The notes under the pieces were generated by a model. It had not been told where the DNA came from and made no database searches. It saw only the letters and a list, made by a program, of their open reading frames with translations. Below, piece by piece: positions 1 through 11,200 of a stretch of 64,000 bases of DNA (the stretch's first letter is position 1; each line of letters opens with the position of its first letter). Origin of the DNA: Lingula anatina (taxonomy: Eukaryota; Animalia; Brachiopoda); the NCBI GenBank assembly GCA_051362555.1, contig CM120640.1:14012001-14076000 (forward strand), in the 5' to 3' direction. A program made the position numbers and the translations under genes.

Positions 1-2299
1 GTTTTTTAATTTTAAAAAACATCTAGGCAAGGTGTGGTAAGGCTTTCTTGTATCTCAAAGGAGAACACAGCAAGTGGACCTACTTTGTGTTTAGTTTTGA
101 CTATTTTTGAAGGTTCAACAGCATGAATACAATACATACACAAATAAAAGAAGAAGAACACCAAGTTCAGGGCTGCCTTTAGAGCTTGGCATCTTGATGA
201 CTTCTAAATTTGACATTGAAGGTCAGATTAAATATACATGTGATGCCCGTTTGAAAATTGAGGCGTGTGATCTGAAGCTCAAGATGACTGAAGAAAGCCT
301 TTTGAAAATGTTCCAACACAAATTCATTTGTAAATTTAGAGTGCATCCAAAGACCATGCTTACTGTTGTATTTGGCAGATTGGGAAGTCTTCATTAAATA
401 TTGAAATATGAGAAGAACAAAACCTGGATCTTATGAAATATAAATTAATCAACTTTTATCTATGACTGAGCTTGACCAGAAGAAAAGTAAGGTTTTGTCA
501 AGAATGATACAACATTATTTCAAGATGCCTAGATTGATGTATTGGGGTGGAGGATTGAAGACTATGCGTAAAAGCTAAGCCAGTTTGATACAATTTCAGG
601 CTAGGTAGTTATCTGACCGTGGTGATGTGTTGCATCATCCAAAACCTGGGCATTGATAATGATCAGGATAGGAAAATAAAGGAACAAAAATTTTTAAGGG
701 ATTTCCCCCTAAATCCATTACCATCACATGTAGCAGCCTTGTGAAATCAGAACACAGTGAGTCGGGTGGAGACTAAAACCATGAGTACCACCAGTCCTCA
801 TGCTGGTGGTATTATAAATAAATGCCAAGCTTTTAACTAGGAGTGTACAGTGCATTGATGCCTGCCGGATTTAATGTTTATCTGCTTTATGATTGCCAAT
901 GCACCAGTTCTTAATAGAGATTGAAGTCAGATTGAATAAGAACTACTGCCTTTTACTGTTGACAGGTCCTTACAACAAAAAATGAGAGTATTGCATTTGT
1001 TATAGTTTTTTCTTTTTATTTTCTTATTAAAATTGTTATTTTTTACATCAATGTATATTTACCAGGATTGTTGGAAAAGTCAGTCTAATGTTGAGTGATA
1101 CTGTCGTACATATGAAGAATGTTTATTTTTAAGGAAGCAAGTTTGTAACATTGCTCTAATGATACAGGAACACCACCCACCTTCTACAAACATACAAGGT
1201 TTATGTTTTATTGCTCTATTTTTTATATATGTACATATTTGATGTGAAATAAAATGTTCCCAAACTGTGTTTGTGTGGTTGACAAGCAGGGCAGCTGATG
1301 GCTTGTCTGTATCTGATTAAAAGATGTTTCTGACACAGAATGTTTTTCATTTGTATGGTTTAAGTCCTGGAGGGTCTTTTCACATCAAACGTACTATCTT
1401 AAGCATTCTATCCTTAGCATTCTGTTTTAAGAGGAGCTACCATGTAATCCCACACTAGTGGACATGACTCCTCATAAATCAAGTGTTCACAGGCTTCCTG
1501 CTGGTTTTTTTTTTTTTTCTTTCTTCCCAGGTCAAAGTATTCAGGGTCAACCGTTTTTATCATCATTTTTGCAAGTCTACAAAACGTATGCTGGAAGGAG
1601 GGGGTTACACTTTTAGAAAAATAATAAAACGCGACCTTAATCTATAGGGGTGTGGTAGCAAAGGTAATAATTTTAGCTTTTCAATTTGTATTATCTGAAG
1701 GTGTGTGGGGGTCTGGGAAAAGTCTGCTCGTTGTAGACTTGTAAAAATGATAATATAATGGAAGACCCCTTCCAAAGGTTCTTAAACCTAAAAACCAGTA
1801 TTGTGGACAATAAGCAAGGCTAGTTGTTCTACCGACCAAAATTGATTGGCTGTTTGAAGAATGTAGGGTCCATTTTGGTGATTCTCTTACATGATGGTTA
1901 GGTTATCTAGCTGTCAATCTCAAAACTGAACACTAAAGGTGGGATGCTTAGAATGGAATGTTTGAAAAGAAAAGCCCCTCTGAGAAATGGTACATGTTAT
2001 TTGTGTTTTTGATATGTGTAAAGATGTCAACTAAAATTAATTCATTTAAGGTGAGAATTTTTTATTCAATGTTGATGGATCTCTTTCAACAGTCCAATTC
2101 CATGGACAGGTTTGACAAAAATAGTAAGAATTAAAAACAGCTCTGTTTTCAGTAATGTTTTGATATTAGAAATGGCATATATTGTCAAAGCCCACCTGAT
2201 TGACTGTTGAATAAAGAGATAAACCATAGTTTCTTGCTACAGATTAGTATCTGACTCATAAATCCAGTTCTGACTGGGCTTTTTTTTCTCTCCTTCCAG

Positions 2300-5200
2300 A
2301 ACAACCCACGAGTTTCTATTTGGAGCTTTGGCTGAGCTTGTAGATAATGCAAGGTAATTCTGCAGCTTATCCTTCACACCCAGACAACAAATATTGCTGT
2401 TGTGTTTCTGAAAGGAACACATCGTGAGGAGGTCTAAGTATATGTATATAATAGAATAAAGGGCATTTTCATTTGGTTGGACATTCCGTCAGTGTAATGT
2501 TTGGCCAGTGTTGTTCATTTCCTTTGGGTTGTCATGAGTTCACTTTCAACACGCACATTCAATTTGTTTGTTTGTTTGTTTATTTATTTATTTATTGAGG
2601 GAATGGGGCTGTGAAAGCAATTCTGCATTACTGTCAAATTTTGGCTATCTGGTGAATTGATTGTGTGGTACTTGTTGAAGTGTAGCTGGAAGGTGCTAAT
2701 GGGCCTTATACAGTTAATAGGCCTGCACATATTCTGAGCTGAAGTTGGTGCATGATAGAGGGGATGTGAAAAAAAGAAAAGAATGTAGTTGGTTTATGAC
2801 AAAGGTTATGTTGTATTAATAAAGTGATATTTCTCTCTTGTTTGTTTTGAATCACATTCTCAGTCATATTATTGATTTGTAATAAATTCTTAAAGGTACC
2901 AGTACGTACCTAACAAGAGTAAATACCCCATAATGAATAATTAGTACCACCTGTCTTATAAACAGATTAGACATTTACTAACACTACCCGCAGATCGTTG
3001 AGCACTAACACCCATATTAACCACATAACCCACAATTTAACCAGCACTACCAGAGGGGATGAATGTTCATGCTCGGTAACGATTTTTTGGTGCTAAATAA
3101 TTGTATAGTATGTTGATTCATTTGTGAGGTTTTATGGTTAATATGGTCATTAGTGCCAAAAGATCTGCAGTTAGTGTTAATAAACGCCTAATCTGTTTTT
3201 AAGGCTTGTATCAGTTTCTTTCAAGACACTTATAAAATCCACATACCTCCCCCCCCCCCCCCAAAAAAAAAAAAAAAACAAAAACAAAAAGACTGCAATT
3301 CACCTCTTGGGCAGCAGAAAAAAGCATTTAAACTGCATCTACTTCTCTTTCTTTAAAGTACAGGAAGTAGGCAGAAAATGTCTGTCAAATATTTTTTTTT
3401 TTAATTTTCATTTTTTATTATTTTCTTTTTTAGAAAATGAATTGAAACTCTGCAGCATTTCTTTATACTTTTTAAAACACTGGTGGCATTTGGTCAGGTT
3501 TTGTATAATTTGACAAAAGCACTTGCTTAATATGCATCTTGAAAATGGTTTCCAACAAGCAAATCAATCCACCATGTTAGGGCATGATATCTTCATGTTT
3601 AATTTTATAAACTCAGGGTGAATATATGCTGGTATCCAAGAATGCACTTCACATTTTGCAAAGCCATTACTAGCTAGTAAATAAAGTTCTGAAATGTCAT
3701 TGACTGAATATGTCTAGAAATAATTTGACAGGAGACCAGGAGCCATGTCTGAAATGGCCCCATATTTGCATGTTATGGTATCTTTCCACTCACAGCAGGA
3801 ACTGGTAAGCCATGCTTGTTACCTGTGCCTTTAAAAGGAAGTCTTGAGCCAACCTTCCCCAGAAAAGTAGACTCAAGCTAGCATGTGTTTTATGCAACTA
3901 TCCCTGTGTGTAATTTTGTACAAAATTTCATTCACAGATTTATACATGCTATACACTAATATTAAACCTCATTGAATGTATAGAGACTGCAACTATCGAA
4001 AACATGAAAAAGATCTCTTTTCATACAGAGTACAAAAAAAGCATCATTACATTTGTATAATAAGAGAATAGAATGAATAAGCTGCTGGATTTCCATATGA
4101 GTTAACTTCTACCACCACTTTTAGAAGAGCATGCACAGTTCTCTTGGGATACCCATGATTATCTTAGATGGTCTTTCCAAATCCAGCAAACCATGTTGGA
4201 TATTGCACTGATAGTCAAAATCATTTCATTTCTGATAAATTCACATATGGATGAGGTTATTGCCTCACGTATAGATGATGACTTGTTAGTCCCTCTCCAT
4301 TATCCACACACAAAACTCAGAAACTATCTAGTACACCCAAAAGACAAGATAGAGGACAGCAATAAGTGTGGAATAATATACGAGACCGCCTATGAGCGTT
4401 GTGACATTGTATATGTTGAAGATATGGGAAGAAAACTAGAAATGAGACTAGAGGAGCACAAGAAAGATGTAAAGCAAAATGAAAGTGGGCAAGTTAACAC
4501 CAGATCCAAATGCGCTATACTGACAGGAGTTCTACACAAATCGGCCATCACAGATCATATGTCAGAAAATGACCAAGTGCCAAAATAGGACAATACTAAA
4601 GTGCTAACCAGTGAAAGTAATTACAACAAGCGCATAGTTTTTGGAATCCATCTGGATGAGAAGGAGGAAGCACACCACGAACAGATGTGAAAGAGTGCAC
4701 AAACTACCCCATGTGTATGATGATATTCTCAAATCCACCCTGGGGTGTGTGGGCTAGAGGGATTAACAAGTCGTCATCAAAACTTGGGTAATAAAATGGT
4801 CACCTTTACCTGTATAAGCAATTCAGTTGTGACCAATTCTGTCAGAGTGAACAGACAAAACAGTCAACAGGTATATCTTATATGTGGATCTAACATGAAA
4901 GAAAACTTTTCGACTAACAAAACTGAGAACCAGTGAAACTCTTTTCATATTAAATTGACATTATATTGTGAGGATATGATATATAAAGGTTCACTTAATA
5001 TCAATAAGGGGGTTGTACTTCCAAGCTGAAAGTAAGGAAAGAGTAGGTAGGTAAATAATCCTGACATAGTCTCTATAAACAGAGTACAATATAAATTATA
5101 TGTGCAGCAGGTAACAACATATCTGGACCCTCTTTCTCACAAATGTACCAAAAAGTGTGGGTGGGTGGGTCTTGAGGGCATTACAGCAGCTTGATCAATC

Positions 5201-8200
5201 ATCAACTGTGCACATTTGGTGAAAAAAAGCCAAGATATGGAATGTACTACTCATTTTCACATGCTTTAAAAGCCAAAATGTCAATACTCACCTACTTAAA
5301 ATACTTCGGTTTGGGGAGTTAACCTCCCCTTGAACAAGAAAAAACTGACAATGCTAGAGGATCTGTAAAAGTGGGAAATTTTGTCATTTAAACTGGTCAT
5401 CCATCTTCATCTTAAAATTGAAATAACTTTTCTATATGTATGTATAAGCTCTTGAAATGTGTTGAAGCTGACAATATTACTCTTGAATGCCCTTTTGTTT
5501 TTTGCACATCTTGCTGACACTAGAGCCCTTTAGCAGTGGCATGGCATACTTGTCTTTCAGGACACGACCACAATCAAATGAAACTGTTGAACTGTAAAAT
5601 GCCAATCCAAATAAAGGTGGCAGAAGAAATGATAAAGATTTAAAAGCCTCTTTTCAGGATACCATTCGGATTATAAAATGGCCCTGTTAAGTTTAATGTA
5701 CTTGTATCATTTCGATTTCTTCCCAAAGCATCTCTTTTTCAAAACTCAGTATGTATACACATTTAATAGACATCACTACATGTAGTGCAGAATAACTCGT
5801 TCAACTCTCAAAAAAATATCAAATAAACAGTAATAGATTAACTTTGAATTGCATTTTTGTTATTGTAGTTGTTTGCTTACATCATTTTTGCTTGCCCTAT
5901 AACTCTCAAATGACTAGATATCATTGAATCTGTTACTTTGTACATCTGCCATCCTTGACGTCTTTTTGAACTGTTGTGATATATATGTTTATAAGCCCAG
6001 TATCATAGGATTGTTTGAATTCACATTAATAAAAAATAATGTGAAAGTTGATTACGTAATTGGTACCTGTATGCTATTTTTTATTTAGATGCCATTTGGA
6101 GGTTCTGCAACTTAGAATCAATTTCTAATCAGGAATATGAGAAATCTGTCATTCATAATGTTTTTTTAAGCCAGTCATTCCTGATGTAAGTTTGTTCAAT
6201 ATTGTTGGAGTGGTTTCCTGCCTTAAACCATTTCCTAGTTCCTAATAACCATTTCTGTTCTGCTTAAGCAAACATTACTGAATTCATATTCAGTTTTGAT
6301 GGGATAAGAAATGTGATATTGATATAAAAAAGCAAAGTTATTTTTCTGCCTATTCACATTGAAAGAGTATTAATTGTATGCTATTGATTTCTATATTGCA
6401 GAGATGCTGGAGCCACAAAAATCAATATTTATTCAGGTGAGTCGCATTAAATTGCCAGCCCATCATTTTGATAGCACACATACTGTATGAGTTGTTAAAG
6501 TACATAATTTAGGCCGTTGTCTTTTGTTCTCCATGCCCCTACCTGATGTTATATTGGACATTTATTCATCAGAAATTGATTTTAGATAAGACATGTTGGT
6601 TTACAACCATCAAGCTTGAAAAAAACTTTAAATAGGAGTACTTTTGGTTGAATTTATGAATGGCTTGACTTGACCTACAGGCCGTGTATCATTTGGGTTA
6701 AACTTGTGTACAAAATACTGAAAGTTGCATATGAAGCGAGCATAAATTCCCTGTAGACTAATAAAAGTCTACATCCCAAAGAAACCAAATTAAATACTTG
6801 AAAGACAATAAAAGCATTGTCATTTAACTTTTTAATGAGATTTTAAGTGGTCAACCTTAACCTGCAACTTAACAAGTCCCCCCCCCCCCCCCCCTCGACA
6901 GCCACAAGACAGTTAATTGCTCTTCTGTGACAAATAGAAATAGCTCCCTATGAATAGCTTGTTGCTTAAGGGTGTTCTTTCAAACCACAGGACTTGTTTC
7001 AGCAGACAGCTAATCCAAAACAGGCTGTGTTTATCACATAGGCACAAAGCCCAGTTTCTAGAGTGGATACAATGTCATCTGCAAGCATGCAGAATTAATT
7101 GCTTCCATCTGGCCAAATGTAAAGAGCTTTCGCACCTGCACGTTTAGGTGACCTACTACATTTAGCTATCCGTAACTGTAAAATGACCAACAATTATTTT
7201 TTCGTTATTTCGCAGAAAGACCTGGTTAGCCTTTACGGATAGTCGAATTGTACAGTAGGCTGATACATGTTTCACGTACTGTAAGCAGAAACGTTAAATA
7301 GGTCATACGCCATTGGACAGGTTAGGTAATTTTGGAATGGTCTTCCATACACAATTTATGGAGATCTGGCTTACCCCATTAGAAGGTATCTGTTGAGTCC
7401 TTTCAGAGGAGCAAATTTTAGTGCCGAAGAAGAAGAATTCAAGAGGATAATTTCATCTGTGCGGGAATGCGTCGAGTGGGAGTTCGGAAACTTATTGCGA
7501 AACTTTGCTTTCCTGGACTTTCGAAACTAATCGAAAGAATTAAAAAGTTCTGTTGTCTCCTGCAGCCAAGCACTACTTGGTAGGTGGTCTTCTGGTCAAC
7601 TGCCATACCTGTGTGTATGGCAATCAAATGAGTCGGTACTTTTAACTAGATCCTCCCACCTTGGCGGACTATTTAGCATGAACTGTACATGTGTATAGAG
7701 TAAAATGTAAAATTCATACCGCAAGCAAACATTTAAATGAAATCTTGAATAAAAAACTAATGTTTTAACAAAGATTCAGCCCATGTGTATCTTGCAGGCA
7801 GCAAGGGCCTAGTATGTCAATTCAGTTTTTCTTTTTAACCAAAGATGTAACCATCTCCATCATTTGTTTGTCTTTCTCAATTTGAGCTTCTCGCTCTTTC
7901 TTTTCTAATTCAAAGCATTCTTTCTCGAAGGCCAACTTGTCTTTCAGGTAACTGACGTAATCTCCTGATGAATCAGTATGGCGCTTCTTAAGTGGCGGCA
8001 TGTTGTCCCAATTTTCAGCTGAAAAAATAAGTGTGTCACCAATTAATGCAGCATCAGTTTTTGTTACTGATATAATAAATATTAATCAATATTTCCTATT
8101 AGAGACAATTTCGGAACGATTTATAGAACGATGTGCTGTCCTTACTATTATTTATTATTCATTTATTCAAATACACAAAACAGGAAGCCATGTGACTTTC

Positions 8201-11200
8201 GAAACAAGGCTTCATAACATTAGCATTAAAAGTCAAGGAGACATGTCCTGTTAACTAAAGGAGAAAATCGAGCTACTAGTAGTATCTTACTAAATGGCAC
8301 TTACCTTGCGGATATCCTGCTTGTTATGCATCATATGCAAACGGCTAGTCTACAGTCCACTTATAAAGGCATGTGTACTCCTAACAACTACTCACAAAAT
8401 GATGACCTAACAGTCTTATAATACAATCAGTCACACGTGCGGAAGGCCAGTTCTGACTGCCTTGTGGTCAGTGGAAAATGCCTTTTTATGTACAGACACA
8501 AATAGCCATCATCTGCGTCTGTCGTCGCTGCCGTCGCCGTCGCCGTGCACTTTTACCGATAACACGATAAGTGGAAAACCATTTTACCTTTTGACTTGAA
8601 ACTTGCAGAACTGATGAATATTCATAATACGCAGGTCAAGTTCGAAAATCAGCATGATTGGGTCACTTTTAGGGAATTTATGCTGTTTTTTCACTTTTTT
8701 CAGCATATATGCAGCACCGATAACACGATAAGTGGAAAACCATTTTACCTTTTGACTTGAAACTTGCAGAACTGATGAATATTCATAATACGCAGGTCAA
8801 GTTCGAAAATCAGCATGATCGGGTCACTTTTAGGGAATTTATGCTGTTTTTTCACTTTTTTCAGCATATATGCAGCACCGATAACACGATAAGTGGAAAA
8901 CCATTTTACCTTTTGACTTGAAACTTGCAGAACTGATGAATATTCATAATACGCAGGTCAAGTTTGAAAATCAGCATAATCGGGTTACTTTTAGGGAATT
9001 TATGCTGTTTTTTCACTTTTTTCAGCATATATGCAGCACCGATAACACGATAAGTGGAAAACCATTTTACCTTTTGACTTGAAACTTACAGAACTGATGA
9101 ATATTCATAATACGCAGGTCAAGTTCGAAAATCAGCATGATCGGGTCACTTTTAGGGAATTTATGCTGTTTTTACACTTTTTTCAGCATATATGCAGCAC
9201 CGATAACACAATAAGTGGAAAACCATTTTACCTTTTGACTTGAAACTTACAGAACTGATGAATATTCATAATACGCAGGTCAAGTTCGAAAATCAGCATG
9301 ATTGGGCCATTTTTAGGGAATTTATGCTGTTTTTTCACTATTTTCAATATAAATGCAACACTGATAACACAATATAAGAAAAACGGATTGGCCAATTGTA
9401 ATTATACTCACAGGAGTGGTCAATCTTACTAAAACGCAGGTTGAGTTCGAAAATCAGCATAATCGGGCCATTATTTTAGAAGTTATACTGTTTTTTCACA
9501 TTTCCTCAGATTCAATTATTAGGCATGTTAACAGTCTCATTATTTAACTAATAAGATGCCTAAAAGTGTTTGTTTGATATTTCCTGCATCTTTACAACAT
9601 TGTTAGTTGATTATGTAAAAAACATGGTAAACTTGTTATCATGTATTGTGTAATAAAGTGCCAAAAATGGAAATAAACTCATATCATTGCAGTTTGTCAG
9701 ATTCAATCATCCACTATGTTCAGAATCTCAGAATGGAGGAAATTGGACATTTAACACTGTTTTATTGATACTTTTCCCATCTCATCAATTTTCTTAGTTG
9801 GTCATATAAAAATGGCAGTAAAATGTTTATTTTGTTTTATGTTAAAAAAGTGTTAAAAATGGAAATAAACCCATTTCAGAACAGTGCTGTCTTGTTTACA
9901 TTTTGGCATTTTCAAGGTGTGACTTTGAAGTTCCATGGGCCTGAAGACCTTTGCTAGTCACATTTTCTGAATATCTGTGATAATAATATTTTATAATTAA
10001 AAATTGATGGTCATTTAGCTGTTAAACATTATGTAATATTGCATCAAAATTTGAAGAAACCCCTATTTTGGGCACTGCTTCCATGATGACCATTTAAGGA
10101 AAATCATGTCACTTACTGTTCTCAAACTTACAGGAAAGAAACATGGGACTAAAATACAGCTTCAGTAGGCAATGCAGTCTGTTTGGTATTTTTATTTATT
10201 TATTTATTTTTTTTTTTTTGGCAGTTAAACAGTTTTTTGTGAAAATTTAATTTTTCACATATTGGCATTTTCAAGGTGTGACTTTAAAGTTCCATGATCC
10301 TGAAGACTTTTGCTTGTCACATTTTCTGAATGTCCATGTTACTAATATTTTATTAATAACATTTGATTGTCATTATGCTGTTAAACATTATGTAATGTTG
10401 CATCAAAATTTGAAGAAACCCCTATTTTGTACACTGCTCCTATGATGACCATTTAAGGGAAATCATGTCACTTACTGTTCTCAAACTTACAGGAAAGAAA
10501 CATGGGTCTAACATACAGCTTCAATAGGCAACGCAGTCTGTTTGGTAAATTTTTCTGGCAATTTAACAGTTTTTTGTGAAAATTTAATTTTTCACTTATT
10601 TGCATCTTTATTTTCTGTTTTTTTGTCTGTACATTTGACAGCTTTGCTGCCTTGTTTACAGGTATAACCTATATTTCAATAGTAACAAAAAACATAGACA
10701 CAAATAACAGAGACAAAATGTTTCACATATATTGCAAAAATAAAATGCCCAATATGATTTTAGCAGAGAAACGATCAATTTTGAAAGGCTTGATTTCATA
10801 AAATTATGCTGATTTGTCGAACCGTTTTTCATTGACGGGTAGCAATCTAGCTGTGGATAATGTTCTCTCTAACGGTATGTGTACACGTCACTAGACAGCA
10901 AAATATGATGACCTAATAGTAAAGGTAGTCATTCGCCTAAACGTACAGGTGCGAAAGCTCTCTAGTGACAGGGTCCCATTAAAGAGAAATCCACAAATAA
11001 ATCTGCAGTCCTGGTACTTGTACTCTATGGTATTAGCTTTTTCATGTTGCTTTCTGTCGATAGTTTTCCAAAAAATTATTGGTTATGAAAAATTCACCAT
11101 TTACAATATGTTCTTTTGGAAGGTTTATAAAATGCTGAAACTAAACCTCTTATTCTCATGGTAACAAGCCATATAATTGACAATAAGGCTTCACTTGTGT

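Larger units (their letters stand above)
8483..10657 (+). mobile_element. Non-autonomous Helentron-associated element (HINE/DINE-1-like) carrying internal tandem arrays
   Basis: Starts in a T run. 11-bp sub-terminal inverted repeat ATGTACAGACA (8488-8498) / TGTCTGTACAT (10624-10634); GTC/GCC microsatellite at about 8515-8546; 3' hairpin CAGC-TTT-GCTG; terminal CTTGTTT; no TSD. Confidence 0.75.
7121..10963 (+). mobile_element. Defective PIF/Harbinger DNA transposon in a MORC2 intron (interrupted by a Helentron-type element)
   Basis: About 50-bp imperfect TIRs (A[A/G]AGAGCTTTCGCACCTG[C/T]ACGTTTAGG[T/C]GA..) at 7121 and 10963. Flanks are TGT and AGT, a 3-bp TSD with one mismatch. Contains transposase and partner-protein remnants in convergent orientation. 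Confidence 0.85.

Noticed and set aside
107-397. 96-aa ORF as a possible MORC2 first exon
   Set aside because: No similarity to the expected N-terminal LxRAQLxxxYLHTNS motif; the first exon probably lies upstream of the window.
8555-9359. 161-bp units contain CTGATGA..GAAA..ATCA-GCA-TGAT, resembling tandem hammerheads (retrozyme) or a CRISPR-like array
   Set aside because: No stem II can form between CTGATGA and GAAA and the cleavage triplet does not fit. Units are wholly repeated with no unique spacers.
7120-10964. Academ assignment for the TIR element because the ends can be read as TAG..CTA
   Set aside because: The internal transposase remnant is of the Harbinger DDE type.
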